A DNA stretch of 64,000 nucleotides from Myxococcota bacterium (GTDB lineage: Bacteria; Myxococcota_A; UBA9160; SZUA-336): NCBI GenBank assembly GCA_965247115.1, contig CBDFGR010000002.1:2048001-2112000 (forward strand), in the 5' to 3' direction. The notes below the pieces were generated by a model, which worked only from the letters and a program-made list of their open reading frames with translations, was not told the origin of the DNA and made no database searches. The translations under genes and the position numbers were made by a program. Position 1 is the stretch's first letter; every line of letters starts with the position of its first letter. Shown here one piece after another: positions 19,950 to 30,896 of the stretch.

Positions 19950-20963
19950 TCAGGCGTCGGGCAAGCGCCGAACGATCGAAATCCACTGCGGCTGCGTCAC
20001 GCTCCACATTCCCTTGCGGGGTCCGTCGTCCTCGATTCGCAGATCGACCGCCTTCGACTCGTGGCGCAGTAGGTCGGCAGCCACGTCGAACTTCGCCAGA
20101 TCCTCCACGGACGACAGGACCGCGATCGACGAGAGCGCGATGAGGTCGGCGAGGCTGTGTCCGTAGAGGCGGCTCGGCTGGTAAACCGCTTCGAGCTTGG
20201 CTTCGGCACCTACAGCACGTAGTTGATCGAGGATCCCACCGCCGCCTTCGGCGGGGGAGGCCAGCAGGCGGCGCCGCGCACGAATCGCGGAAAGATGCGA
20301 TGGGTTGTCGCCCGTATCTCCGCCGGAATCGATGAAGGACTTCAGTACAAGGCCGGTGTAGCCATCCGTCTCGTCAGCGAAGACGCAGAACAAGGCCCCT
20401 CCCGGTTTCAGGAAACGGACCATTCGTGTGAGGCCGGCACTGAGATCGTTCAGGAAATAGATCATGTGAAGAGCCAGGCAGAGATCGATGCTGTCGTCTG
20501 CAGGAAGCGGCGAATCTGTCCGCTCGGCGGCCTTGTCTATTTCATCGAAGCCGGCAACGAGTGCCATCCCGAGTCGCAGGTGGGGCTGGGTCTGGAGAAA
20601 CGCTCGGTAGTCCGCGATGTAGTTCGGGTTGGGCTCCTCGATGGACACCCGCACGCCCTCGGGCACCACACCGGCCACGAGCGCGAAAGTCTGTCCGTCG
20701 CCGGCACCCAGGTCGAGGATGTGGCCAGCGCGGGGGACGAACTTCTCGATGGATCGACACAGCTCCCGGACGAACCCGTCGCGCTGGTCGGTCCCCATCA
20801 TGCGGACTCTGTCCAGGGGATCTGACTTCAGCAGTCGAGCAAAGGCGTTGCGATATTGCTGGTGCGGATTGAGCCCCTTGAACTCGTTGTGTACGAGCTC
20901 GAGGGCTTCTTCGAAGCGGGATGCGAGAGCTTCGGCCTTTGCTTGATCAATCTGGATCGGCAT
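19950..20963 (-). CDS. Class I SAM-dependent methyltransferase
   Basis: ILDLGAGDG, HMIYF and LKPGG motifs. Confidence 0.8.
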   Translation of the reverse strand: MPIQIDQAKAEALASRFEEALELVHNEFKGLNPHQQYRNAFARLLKSDPLDRVRMMGTDQRDGFVRELCRSIEKFVPRAGHILDLGAGDGQTFALVAGVVPEGVRVSIEEPNPNYIADYRAFLQTQPHLRLGMALVAGFDEIDKAAERTDSPLPADDSIDLCLALHMIYFLNDLSAGLTRMVRFLKPGGALFCVFADETDGYTGLVLKSFIDSGGDTGDNPSHLSAIRARRRLLASPAEGGGGILDQLRAVGAEAKLEAVYQPSRLYGHSLADLIALSSIAVLSSVEDLAKFDVAADLLRHESKAVDLRIEDDGPRKGMWSVTQPQWISIVRRLPDA

Positions 20964-21044
20964 GGTCCTCCCACGTGGTGATCCGAGACTTGCTGGGAAC
21001 AGGACTTGACCCCGCGGCGAGCTTCTGCTTACCGGAACGAAAGC

Positions 21045-22481
21045 TCACGGCGTTGGAGGTACGTTGACGTTTCGGCGGAACACATTGTCCGGATCGAATC
21101 GTCGTTTGATCGATGCGAGTCGGGCGTAGTTCACCTGATAGACTTCCTCGGTCGCCTGTTTGCCTTCCGCGCTCGAATAGTTGGCATACGCTCGTTGGCT
21201 CGTGAACCTCTGGAGCGCCGACCAGGTCTCGTCAATCCAGGTGCGTATCCCGCGTTCGGCCGCGGTTCGTTCCCAGGTCGCGTGGGCCCAAACGTGAAGT
21301 CCTCCGGGCGACCGCAGTTCGAAAGCCGTCACCTCCGGTGAAACTCGGCAAACGGCGCCATGCATATAGTGATCGAGCCCAATGCCGACGCGTCGAGGAG
21401 CCTTCGCCATCTGCTCGAGGATTACATCGATCGCATCGGGCGTCAGACGCGGAAGGTAAGTGCCTTTTTCGGCCGCGAACTCATTGTTACTTCCTGGCAG
21501 GTCGATGTCCCGAAAGGCCTTCCGCTTCACGGTATCGTCTTGAACAGTGGCGATCGAGCGGAACTGGCGCGTGGCATCTTCGCCACGCTGCCAGTCCCCC
21601 GACCAACACATCCTGATTCGAACAATCGGCTCATCGTGGTTGCGCAAGATCACAATGGCCTGAAGCTCATCCGATGCTTGTGCCATGATCTCTCCAAAGG
21701 CGTGAAGCACCGCGCGTGCATCGGCCATGCGATAGGACAGTTCTCCGGCGGTCACGTGGTTGATTGCATGCAATCGATGCGTAAGCGAGGTGACGACGCC
21801 GAAGTTGCCGCCGCCGCCACGGACCGCCCAAAACAGGTCGGGGTTCTCCTTGGCGCTCGCCTCCAACGCGAGCCCTTCGGCCGTCATGATCTGGGTCGAC
21901 ACGAGGTTGTCACACGTCGCGCCGAATCGACCGGAAAGCCAGCCCAGCCCTCCGCCGAGGGTGAGACCCGCCACGCCGACGGTCGGACATTGGCCGATGA
22001 CCGCAGCCAGTCCGTGTTCCCCGGCGGCAGTCGTGACGTCGCCCGAGAGTACGCCACCACCCGTGCGAATGGTTTGCTCTATCGGATCGACGATGATCTC
22101 CCGCATCGACCGGGTGTCGATGACGATCCCGCGATCGCACATGCTCCATCCCGTGAAACTGTGCCCCCCGCTCCGCACGGCGAGAGGGAGCTCGTGCTGC
22201 CTCGCGAATTCGATGGCACGGGCGACGTCGTCTTGCCCGGCGCAGCGAGCGATGATGGCCGGGCGCTTGTCCGTCGACGCATTGTGGTTGATCAATTTGC
22301 GTGTGGCGTCGTAGCGCGCATCATCCGGCCGGATCAACTGGCCCTCGAAGGTCGACTGTAGCCTCCTCACCGCATCGGGGCCGGGGCTCGTATGGACGCT
22401 TTGGCGGGTGCGGCAGTTTCCGGCCGCAAGAACACCGCAGGCCATCAGCCCGTGTTGAATGAACTCACGACGGGTCTTCAT
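21045..22481 (-). CDS. FAD-binding oxidoreductase (BBE-like) with Tat signal
   Basis: MKTRREFI Tat motif; VRSGGHS, WAVRGGGGNFGVVT and KRRFDPDNVFRRN motifs. Confidence 0.9.
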   Translation of the reverse strand: MKTRREFIQHGLMACGVLAAGNCRTRQSVHTSPGPDAVRRLQSTFEGQLIRPDDARYDATRKLINHNASTDKRPAIIARCAGQDDVARAIEFARQHELPLAVRSGGHSFTGWSMCDRGIVIDTRSMREIIVDPIEQTIRTGGGVLSGDVTTAAGEHGLAAVIGQCPTVGVAGLTLGGGLGWLSGRFGATCDNLVSTQIMTAEGLALEASAKENPDLFWAVRGGGGNFGVVTSLTHRLHAINHVTAGELSYRMADARAVLHAFGEIMAQASDELQAIVILRNHDEPIVRIRMCWSGDWQRGEDATRQFRSIATVQDDTVKRKAFRDIDLPGSNNEFAAEKGTYLPRLTPDAIDVILEQMAKAPRRVGIGLDHYMHGAVCRVSPEVTAFELRSPGGLHVWAHATWERTAAERGIRTWIDETWSALQRFTSQRAYANYSSAEGKQATEEVYQVNYARLASIKRRFDPDNVFRRNVNVPPTP

Positions 22482-22710
22482 GATGGAGGTTCCCAGGTCA
22501 TACGAGAAACCCCCCGGGATGTAAAGAGAACGGTCTCTACCGCCCCCCGCCGGTGCTCTGCGCGAAAGGCCAGCGCGTATAATGTCCCAGACGGGCGAGC
22601 ACCGGCGCCAGCCGAGCTTCACGCTGCAGGAGGGCGGGCCTCGTGGTCCTGGAAGAGGTGTTGTGGCGGGAGACGAACCATATCCCAGTGATGCGAAGGA
22701 GGCCTGGAAC

Positions 22711-23385
22711 ATGAAGATCAACCTTGACGCCCTGCTCGTGAGCCTGCTCGCTGGGGGCCTGTTGGCTCTGCTCGGAGCCTGCACGACGGTCGAGCAAGCG
22801 CCAGACGTCAGCTTCGACGGGCTGCATCGGGTTGTGGACAGTGAGCTGGGTCTGGTCTACGCCACCCCCGGGCTCGATCTTGACGGCTACGACAAAGTGG
22901 GGATCCTGGAGGTGGAGGTCGCGTTCAAGAAGAACTGGCGGAGGCAGCAGCTCGGCATCACCAGCAGCGACATGGAGAAGATCAAGCGCAACGTCGCAGC
23001 GACCTTCCGCTCGGTATTCGTGGAAGAGCTGGAGTCGGCAGGATACGAGATCGTCGGACAGAGAGGGGAGGACGTGCTCGTGGTGCGCCCCAGGATTCTC
23101 GACCTCGTCGTGACCGCGCCTGACACCAGGGCGGGCTCGGACGTGACGCACACGACCTCGACCGGCGAGGCGACCGTGCTCATCGAGCTCTACGACTCGG
23201 TGACGGGCGACATCCTCGCGCGCGCGGTGGATCGGCGCCGGTTAAGAGGCTCCCGGTTCGACGCGAACGCCGTCACAAACAGCGCGGACGCCAAGCGCAT
23301 CTTCAAGATCTGGGCGGTCGCGTTGCGCGAGGGTCTCGACAGCGTTCGTGGCGACGTCGACGTTGCCGCCGGAGTCCCCGAGTAG
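22711..23385 (+). CDS. Putative lipoprotein (DUF3313-like)
   Basis: Lipobox LGAC; SFDGL and GEATVLIELYDSVTGDILARAVD motifs. Confidence 0.7.
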   Translation: MKINLDALLVSLLAGGLLALLGACTTVEQAPDVSFDGLHRVVDSELGLVYATPGLDLDGYDKVGILEVEVAFKKNWRRQQLGITSSDMEKIKRNVAATFRSVFVEELESAGYEIVGQRGEDVLVVRPRILDLVVTAPDTRAGSDVTHTTSTGEATVLIELYDSVTGDILARAVDRRRLRGSRFDANAVTNSADAKRIFKIWAVALREGLDSVRGDVDVAAGVPE

Positions 23386-23613
23386 ATCGCCTAGCTCCCC
23401 GGACTACCCCGGCGCCAACCGAGGAGCCCCGCGTGCACCTGGGCGACCCGCCGCAAGCGGGGAGTGCGATCCGTATGGGTTCCTCGAGGAGGCGCTTGTC
23501 GAGCTACTGAAGGCGAACGTGCGCTACGGACGCCCGGCGACAGAGATCCCGTGGGCACCGGTTCGTTCCCTGAGGCCCGAACTCGATCAATCGACCGAAC
23601 TAAACGGCCCGCC

Positions 23614-24423
23614 CTACTGGCGCGCGGCGAGGGGAGAGGTCGAGCGATCGATCCACTGCGACTGGAGCCCCGCCGTGAGGCCGCCGTCGACGATCAAGTG
23701 TTGGCCATTGAGCCAGCCGTGGTCACCGATCGCGAGCCACGTGAGCACTTCGGCGATGTCGTCGGGCTGGCCGCGGCGACCGACCTGCTCGTTCAGCCAC
23801 CGCATCTGATCTTCGCCTACCTGAGAGGTGAAGTCGGGAAAGATTGGGGTCTCGACGGGGCCGGGTCCGACGTCGTTGACCTGAATGCCCCGCTGGAGGC
23901 CGCGTCCGGCGAGCCGCATGGTGTAGACCACCACCGCCTCCTTCGAGAAGGTGTAGGGGTCGGTCCCGCAGTCTCGGCCGTTCTCCGCCCACCACGCCGC
24001 CCCGGCGGCAAAGTCGAGCGTGTCGAGGAGCTGAGTGTGTAGCGGGAAGCGTTTCTTCCACTGGTTGCCCGCGATCGACGCCACGTTGACGACGGTGCCG
24101 CCGTCGTCGATACGATCCCAGAGCGCGTCGGTGAGGTGACGCAGGCCGAGGGTGTTCACGGCGATCACCTTGTCGGGCGGGAGCGTACCCGGCACGCCTG
24201 CGATGTTGAGCAGCGAGGCGTACGGGCCGGGCAGCTGCTTCGCCACCGCATCGATCGACGCCGGATCTGAGAGATCGCAGGCGTAGTGCGCCGCGGCGAC
24301 GGTCGGGGCCTCTTTGATGTCGAGGCTGATCACCTCGCGGCCGGCCTCAGCCAGACGCGTGGCGGTCGCGGCGCCGATGCCGGTGGAAGCGCCGGTGACG
24401 ATGATGGGGCCTTCGGTCGCCAT
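23614..24423 (-). CDS. SDR (3-alpha-hydroxysteroid / coniferyl alcohol dehydrogenase-like)
   Basis: TGASTGIG, YTFSK and GPGPVETP motifs. Confidence 0.85.
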   Translation of the reverse strand: MATEGPIIVTGASTGIGAATATRLAEAGREVISLDIKEAPTVAAAHYACDLSDPASIDAVAKQLPGPYASLLNIAGVPGTLPPDKVIAVNTLGLRHLTDALWDRIDDGGTVVNVASIAGNQWKKRFPLHTQLLDTLDFAAGAAWWAENGRDCGTDPYTFSKEAVVVYTMRLAGRGLQRGIQVNDVGPGPVETPIFPDFTSQVGEDQMRWLNEQVGRRGQPDDIAEVLTWLAIGDHGWLNGQHLIVDGGLTAGLQSQWIDRSTSPLAARQ

Positions 24424-24716
24424 GGGGGGTCCTCCTGTCGCTTACTATGCCGCGATCGCGGGTGCTTGTCTTTGGCGGCGCACCCAGGGATCGACCAGCG
24501 CGATGGAGTCGTGGTTCGCGCCGCGCGTACCGGGGAGCATGGATGTTGAACCTGATCCAGCGCCGCGGCAGGTGCTTGCAAGGTCGTTGGGGGCCCTGAG
24601 GTTGTACGCCGCGATTCGGCGCGTTGGTGGGAGCCGGCGGTCGACGGCCGAAGCTGCGACGAGATTGTCTAGGATTGCCGAGCCGTCTACCATACCCGGA
24701 AGGGGGAGGATTCGCG

Positions 24717-25631
24717 ATGTCAACGAGTATCGCTACGGCCGCTTCGCTCGGGCGAGGGCCCCAGCACTTCTCTGGGTCGGCCGACCTTTTGGAGATCCGC
24801 GAGGCGCTCGACCGGGACGGTCTCATCGTGCTGCGGGACGTGATCGACTCGAGTTTGGTCGCGCGGATCAACGCGGAGCTCGACCCTCTGCTGACCGAGA
24901 CATCTCTCGGATGTGAGCACGCCGATGAGGAGATGGGGGAATTCCTGGGGCATCAGACCAAGCGCCTCAACGAGACGCTCACCCGATCGCCTTCCATCAC
25001 GCAGCATCTCGTCGCTCATCCGCGCGTCGTCGAGGTGGCCGAATCTGTCCTCAAGGAACACTGCACCTCCATCCTCGTGCACCAGAGCCAGGTGTTCGAG
25101 CAATACCCGGGGGAGACCGCGCAACCGTTCCACCGCGACGACGGTCTGTGGCCGGTCGAAGGGGCGCGATTTCCGATGAGCATGACTGCGTTTTTCGCAC
25201 TGGGCGAATACACGGCCGATGTGGGCGCGACGCGCGCACTCCTGGGCAGCCACCGCTGGCCGCAGGCCCTCCACTACGAACCGAAGCGCGAAGGCGGCTG
25301 GGGACGATACAACCGGCCCCCGCGCAAGCCCGCACCCGAGGAGATCGCGGTCGTGGAGATGCCGCCGGGCTCTGCGGCGATCTGGGTTGGTCCCCTCCTC
25401 CACGCGGGTGGCGCCAACATCACCGCGGACCGCGTGCGCCGCGGCTTCATCATGGCCTACTCCCTCGGATGGCTGCGCGGCGAGCTCAACCAGCAGCTCA
25501 TGTGGCCCCCCGAGGTGGCGCGACACTTTCCCCGCGAGGTGCAGAGGCTGATCGGCTACGCTGTCGAGGCCCCGCTCATCGGTTGCCTCGAGATGGGGCA
25601 GGATCCGATCGTCCTGCTCGAAGGCGCCTAG
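24717..25631 (+). CDS. Phytanoyl-CoA dioxygenase (PhyH) family Fe/2OG enzyme
   Basis: QPFHRDD, GATRALLGSH, LHAGGAN and YSLGWLR motifs. Confidence 0.88.
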   Translation: MSTSIATAASLGRGPQHFSGSADLLEIREALDRDGLIVLRDVIDSSLVARINAELDPLLTETSLGCEHADEEMGEFLGHQTKRLNETLTRSPSITQHLVAHPRVVEVAESVLKEHCTSILVHQSQVFEQYPGETAQPFHRDDGLWPVEGARFPMSMTAFFALGEYTADVGATRALLGSHRWPQALHYEPKREGGWGRYNRPPRKPAPEEIAVVEMPPGSAAIWVGPLLHAGGANITADRVRRGFIMAYSLGWLRGELNQQLMWPPEVARHFPREVQRLIGYAVEAPLIGCLEMGQDPIVLLEGA

Positions 25632-25713
25632 CGAAGAGCGACGTGAAGCTCGGACTCATGATCGGGAGCGAGCACACTTCGCTGGAACTGAGGGGAGGAG
25701 GAACATCGTCGCC

Positions 25714-27753
25714 ATGGCCGAAGCCGCTAACGAGAAGGTGATCCGCACCAACTGCCCGCGCGACTGCTACGACGCCTGCGGGATCTGGGCGCGCACGCGG
25801 AACGGAGAGATCGTGAGCGTGCGCGGCGACCCGGAGCATCCTGTCAATCGAGGTTCCCTGTGCGGAAAGTGCTCCGTCGCCTACAACGGTGTGTGGCAGA
25901 GCGAAGAGGCTCGCCTGCTCCATCCGCTGCGCCGCAGTGGGGCCAAGGGCGAGGGTCGCTTTGAGCGGGTCTCCTGGGACGAAGCTCTCGGGGAGATCGC
26001 CGAGCGCCTCACCGAGGTCGTGGAGACGCGGGGCCCGAGCTCGATCCTCCACACGCACTACACAGGCACGCTCTCGCTACTCGCGTTCCAGTTCCCCATG
26101 CGCTTCTTTCATCGTCTCGGTGCGAGCGAGGTCGAGCCGGACTCGATCTGCAACTTGGCCGGTCACGTCGCCTGGAGGCTGCTCTTCGGGAACTCCGAGG
26201 TCGGTTTCGATCCCCGTACGGCGCAGGACGCCTCCTGCATTCTCGTCTGGGGCGCCAATCCATCGCACTCCGGACCGCACATCGACCGCCACTGGCTGGG
26301 GGAGTTCTCCGGTTCGATCGTGGTGGTCGATCCTATTCGTACTGAGACGGCGGAGCGCGCGGCACTCCACCTGCAGCCCTTCCCTGGCAGCGATGCGGCG
26401 TTGGCCTTTGGACTGCTCCACGTCCTCGAGCGCGACGGGCGCTTCGACGAGAGCTTCATCGAAGCGCACACGCTCGGAGCGGGCGACGTGCGGTCCCGAC
26501 TCGACGAGTGCACTCCGGCCTGGACCGAGCAGCAGACGGGCGTGCCCGCCGCTCAGATCGAAGAGGCGGCCCGCCTGTACGGTCGCGGTCCTTCGCTGCT
26601 GTGGGCGGGACAAGGCTTCCAGCGGCAGCGCGGCGGCGGGAACGCCATGCGCGCGGTCGGGCTCCTGCCGGCGCTGACCGGCAACATCGGCAAGCCGGGA
26701 GCCGGCTTCCTCTACCTGAACATCACCCCGGCGATCCTCGGTCTGGACTTCGGGTGGCTGGCCGGGGCGTCGCTCGCGCGAGAGAGGCCCGCCAGGGTGA
26801 GCCACATGGGCCTGGCAGCGCGCCTCGAGGACCCCTCCGAGTACCGCGCGCTCCTCTCGTGGAACACGAACCCGCTCGCCTCCGCAGCGGATCAGCGGCG
26901 CATGCGCCGGGCGCTGTCGCGCGAGGACCTGCTCAGCGTCGTCGTGGACTGCTTCCCGACAGACACCGCCGACTACGCGGACTACGTCCTCCCCGCCGCG
27001 AGCTTTCTCGAGTTCGACGACCTGACCTTCAGCTACATGAACCTGCTGATCGGAGCCCAGGCGAAGGCGCGGGAGCCCATGGGCGAGGCACTGCCCAACA
27101 TGGAGATCTTCCGAAGGCTGGCGCGGGCGATGGGCTACGAGGACGCCGCGCTCTTCGAGTCCGACGCGTCGATGCTCGATGCGATGGTCGCGCAGATGGG
27201 GCTCGACTTCGACTTTGCCGAGCTCAAGCGCCGCGGACATCACGTGTGCGGGGAGATGCCGCGGATCCTGCACGGGGACCTACGCTTCGAGACTCCGAGC
27301 GGGAAGATCGAGATCGTCTCCCAGCGTGCGGAGCGCAAAGGCCTGCCCTCGGCTCCCCAGCCGCGGACGGACGCGCGCCCGGAAGGGGGACGGCTCCAGC
27401 TGCTCTCACCCGCGTCGAAGTGGCGCCTCAATGACTCCTTTGCCAACGAGGAGAAGCTTCGCGACCAGGTGGGGCCGGCCAGCGTCATTCTCCATCCGGA
27501 GGACGCCGCCCGGCTCGGCATCGACTCGGGCATGCGGGTGCGGCTCCACAACGAGAGCGGCGCGCTGGAGCTCGAGGCGCGCATCGAGGCGGTGTCGCTG
27601 CCCGGCGTCGCCGTGGCCCACAAGGGTCGTTGGCCGAAGCTCGAGCGGAACGGGGCCAACGTGAATGTGCTCCACGCTGGACACGCCGCAGACATGGGCG
27701 AGAGCACTGCGGTACACAGCACAGAGGTCTGGGTGACCCCGGTTGCGGGGTAG
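25714..27753 (+). CDS. Molybdopterin (bis-MGD) oxidoreductase with N-terminal Fe-S cluster
   Basis: CPRDCYDAC...LCGK, DTADYADYVLPAASFLE and TPSGKIE motifs. Confidence 0.9.
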   Translation: MAEAANEKVIRTNCPRDCYDACGIWARTRNGEIVSVRGDPEHPVNRGSLCGKCSVAYNGVWQSEEARLLHPLRRSGAKGEGRFERVSWDEALGEIAERLTEVVETRGPSSILHTHYTGTLSLLAFQFPMRFFHRLGASEVEPDSICNLAGHVAWRLLFGNSEVGFDPRTAQDASCILVWGANPSHSGPHIDRHWLGEFSGSIVVVDPIRTETAERAALHLQPFPGSDAALAFGLLHVLERDGRFDESFIEAHTLGAGDVRSRLDECTPAWTEQQTGVPAAQIEEAARLYGRGPSLLWAGQGFQRQRGGGNAMRAVGLLPALTGNIGKPGAGFLYLNITPAILGLDFGWLAGASLARERPARVSHMGLAARLEDPSEYRALLSWNTNPLASAADQRRMRRALSREDLLSVVVDCFPTDTADYADYVLPAASFLEFDDLTFSYMNLLIGAQAKAREPMGEALPNMEIFRRLARAMGYEDAALFESDASMLDAMVAQMGLDFDFAELKRRGHHVCGEMPRILHGDLRFETPSGKIEIVSQRAERKGLPSAPQPRTDARPEGGRLQLLSPASKWRLNDSFANEEKLRDQVGPASVILHPEDAARLGIDSGMRVRLHNESGALELEARIEAVSLPGVAVAHKGRWPKLERNGANVNVLHAGHAADMGESTAVHSTEVWVTPVAG

Positions 27754-27771
27754 GCGGACTGGGCGGCCCGC

Positions 27772-29100
27772 TCAGCCGAACAGGCGGTGCGCGGCGCGCT
27801 CGAGCTCAGGCCGGTGGTCAGGATGTGCGATCCCGATCAGCTCGCGCGCCCGTTCGCGCACACTCTTTCCCCACAGCCGGGCGACCCCGTGGTCGGTGAC
27901 GATCGTGTCGGCGAGCTCGCGCGGGATCGAGACGATCTGACCCGTCTCGAAGTGGGGAACGATCGCCGAGAGCTCCCCGCTGCGCGCGGTCGAGGGCAGG
28001 ACCGTGATCGAGCGGCCGGTCGGACACAACGCCGCGCCCATCACGAACGCGAGCTGCCCGCCGAGGCCCGTATACACGGTGGGTCCGATCCCGTAGACCC
28101 CGATCTGGCCGGTGAGATCGACCATCAGCGCGCCGTTGATCGCGGTCATGTTCTCGTTCTGGCAGATCACGCGCGGGTCGTTCGTGTAGTCGTACGAGCG
28201 CAGCTCGAAGGCCGGGTTGTCTTCGATGTAATCCAGGTCCTCGATTGAGTTCCCGACATGCGTGCTCACGCACTTGTTGGGATGCAGGCTCGCGTACTTG
28301 CCGTTGATGCGGCCCTGGCGCACCAGGTCAACCACGCCTCTCACGGTGAGCTCGCCGAAGTAGGACAGATCCTCGCCGCCGTCGAAGGCCCCGTGCTCCG
28401 CGAGCCACGCGGTATGCGAGCCGAGCCCGATCTGCAGGGTCGCGCGGTCCCGGATCAGGGGGCGCAGGTTCTCGGCAATCGCGCGATCCGCGGGCTCGGG
28501 ACCCTCGGGCGGCGGCAAATCCAGGCGCGGGCCGTGATTCTCGACGATGGCGTCGAGCTGCGAGACGTGCACCCAGGAATCTCCGCGCGTGCGCACCACC
28601 CCTTCGCTCACCTCCGCGATCACGAGACCGGCCCGCGGGCAGTTCGAGACGGAGTCCCAGACGGAGTTTCCGACGCAGAGCCAGCCCTCCTTCGTGGGCG
28701 GACTGACCTTGATCAAGAGCACGTCGATCGGCTGCACCTCGTCGCGCCCGGCGTCGATCGCCTTGTGCTGCTGGATCATGTGGAAGGGGTGGAAGTCGAT
28801 GATCTTGTCGGCCAGCGCGCGACGGCTCTCGGGGACAATCGCGTATTGCACCTGGATGTCGAAGTGCTTGCGCGCGTCTTCGGTGAACCAGCCGAAGTCC
28901 GGCAGGATCGTGCTGCGGATCTTCACGTTCTCTAGCTCGTCCATGCGTCCGAGCATGGCCGCGAGCACGGCTTCGGTGATGTGACTGCTCGGGATCCACA
29001 CCTGATCCCCGGAGCGGATCCGCTCCGCGGCCCGCTCCGCGCTCACGAGCTTGCGCTCGTATTCCGCCTTCGGGTCTGAGCTGAGCTCGAGCTGTGCCAT
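27772..29100 (-). CDS. Acetyl-CoA hydrolase / 4-hydroxybutyrate CoA-transferase family
   Basis: TLQIGLG, VDLTGQ, GGQLAF and ELIGIAHPDHR motifs; GGAGG RBS. Confidence 0.88.
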   Translation of the reverse strand: MAQLELSSDPKAEYERKLVSAERAAERIRSGDQVWIPSSHITEAVLAAMLGRMDELENVKIRSTILPDFGWFTEDARKHFDIQVQYAIVPESRRALADKIIDFHPFHMIQQHKAIDAGRDEVQPIDVLLIKVSPPTKEGWLCVGNSVWDSVSNCPRAGLVIAEVSEGVVRTRGDSWVHVSQLDAIVENHGPRLDLPPPEGPEPADRAIAENLRPLIRDRATLQIGLGSHTAWLAEHGAFDGGEDLSYFGELTVRGVVDLVRQGRINGKYASLHPNKCVSTHVGNSIEDLDYIEDNPAFELRSYDYTNDPRVICQNENMTAINGALMVDLTGQIGVYGIGPTVYTGLGGQLAFVMGAALCPTGRSITVLPSTARSGELSAIVPHFETGQIVSIPRELADTIVTDHGVARLWGKSVRERARELIGIAHPDHRPELERAAHRLFG

Positions 29101-29192
29101 ATGCCCTCCTGGCCTGAATCTGCCGCCCGCCGGATCAGAAGTCGAGCGGTAATTGTACGACACCGGATTGGGCGATCTGATACAACGGTGAG

Positions 29193-30356
29193 ATGTCTGG
29201 TCCCGCCGGAAATTTCCCGGGCCGCTTCTCGCTGATCACCGAGTCAGCGCTCGCCGCGCTCCGTCGCTTGATCGGCGTGCCGATCGCGGACACGCTGGAG
29301 CCCTGGTGCTCCGAGGTCACGCGAGACAACGTGCGGCACTACGCACACGGGATCGGCGACGACAATCCCCTGTGGTGCGATCCCGAATACGCCGCCCGCG
29401 GACCGTTCGGTCGCATCGCGGGTCCTCCGTCGTTCGTGTTCCCGACCAACCGAACCATCAGCGGCTATGTAGCCGGTCTTCCGGGGGTCCACGCGATGTG
29501 GGCCGGGTCGAGCTTCCGCTGGCACGCGCCTTTTCTCATCGGCCAACAGCTCCGGACCGAGGCCCACCTGAAGGACCTGGTCGAGCACGAGACCCGCTTC
29601 GCCGGGCGCTCGATCCAGCAGATCTACCACGTCGACGTCTTCGACCAGGCCGACGTGCTGCTCTGCGACGGCGAGAGCTGGTGCTTCCGGACAGAGCGCG
29701 ACACTGCCCGGGAGCAGGGTACGAAGTACGATGCGGTCAAGGCCCGCGAGCAGCAGCCATACACGCGCGAGGCGCTCGAGCGCGTCTGGGAGGTCTACGC
29801 TGGCGAAGCGCCGCGCGGGGGAGAGCTGCGCCGCTGGGAGGAAGTCGAGGTCGGCGACGCTCTTCCCGAGATGGCCAAGGGGCCGATGACGGTGACGGGC
29901 TTCATCGCCTTCGCGCAGGGCTGGGGCGGGCTCTACATCCGCGCCAACCGACTCGCCTACAAGCAGCTCCGGTCGCACCCGGCGCTCGGAATCGAGAACC
30001 ACCTGGGCATTCCGGACGTTCCCGAGCGCGTCCACTGGGAGAATGACATGGCGGAGCTGGTCGGGACACCCGCCGCCTACGACTACGGGCCGGAGCGCGC
30101 GTCCTGGCTCATGCACCACCTCAGCGACTGGATGGGCGACGCCGGCTTCCTCCGCGAGCACGGCTGTGAGATCCGCCGCCACAATCCCGTGGGCGACATC
30201 GTCTTCATCCGCGGCACGGTGACCGGCAAGCGCGTCGACTCCAGCGGCCGACATCTCGTCGAGGTGGCTCAGCGCGCGACGAACCAGCACGACGAGCTCT
30301 CCGCCACCGGAGTGGGTGTCGTCGAGCTGGTGGCACCGGGAGGGCTCGGCGGGTGA
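29193..30356 (+). CDS. Double hot-dog MaoC-like acyl dehydratase
   Basis: RHYAHGIGDDNPLW and AYDYGPER motifs. Confidence 0.8.
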   Translation: MSGPAGNFPGRFSLITESALAALRRLIGVPIADTLEPWCSEVTRDNVRHYAHGIGDDNPLWCDPEYAARGPFGRIAGPPSFVFPTNRTISGYVAGLPGVHAMWAGSSFRWHAPFLIGQQLRTEAHLKDLVEHETRFAGRSIQQIYHVDVFDQADVLLCDGESWCFRTERDTAREQGTKYDAVKAREQQPYTREALERVWEVYAGEAPRGGELRRWEEVEVGDALPEMAKGPMTVTGFIAFAQGWGGLYIRANRLAYKQLRSHPALGIENHLGIPDVPERVHWENDMAELVGTPAAYDYGPERASWLMHHLSDWMGDAGFLREHGCEIRRHNPVGDIVFIRGTVTGKRVDSSGRHLVEVAQRATNQHDELSATGVGVVELVAPGGLGG

Positions 30357-30412
30357 CGAAAGCTGCACCCGGGATGCGTGCGACATATACTGGGTCCGCT
30401 GGAGGTGAAGCG

Positions 30413-30847
30413 ATGAGTGCTACTGCATTGAGCGCGTCTGATGTGCGGATCGCCGGGGCGGAGGCGAGTGAGCTGCCCTGGGTCCAGGCAGAGGGCGTCC
30501 AGCTGAAGGTGCTGGCCGTCGACAAAGCGCGGAAGTCCGTCGAATTTCTGGTGAAGTATGAGCCGGGCTGGAATTCTGGTCTCCACCGCCACAACTGCGA
30601 GACCTATCTGTTCGTTGTGGAAGGGTCCGTGACGAACAAGACAACGGGGGTCGAGTTCGGTCCAGGGGATTTCTGCTACCAGCCGTACGGCGACGAGCAC
30701 GTCGAAGAGATGGGCCCGGAAGGGGCGGTCATCTTGGAGAGCCTGCGCGGCGACGACGCCGGCACGGTGATCGAGTACCTCGGCGAGAGCGGCACGGTTG
30801 TGGGGAAGGCCACGTTCGCGGACCTCGCGCAGCTCCTGGCCGAGTAG
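30413..30847 (+). CDS. Cupin domain protein
   Basis: GLHRHNCETYLFVVEG and GDFCYQPYGDEHVE motifs. Confidence 0.75.
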   Translation: MSATALSASDVRIAGAEASELPWVQAEGVQLKVLAVDKARKSVEFLVKYEPGWNSGLHRHNCETYLFVVEGSVTNKTTGVEFGPGDFCYQPYGDEHVEEMGPEGAVILESLRGDDAGTVIEYLGESGTVVGKATFADLAQLLAE

Positions 30848-30896
30848 ACGGCCTGCCCGGAATCCAGGACGGGTCACCAGGAGCTCGCAGCGCTTT

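Noticed and set aside
22578..22583. TATAAT between divergent genes
   Set aside because: No convincing -35 box, so it is not called as a promoter.
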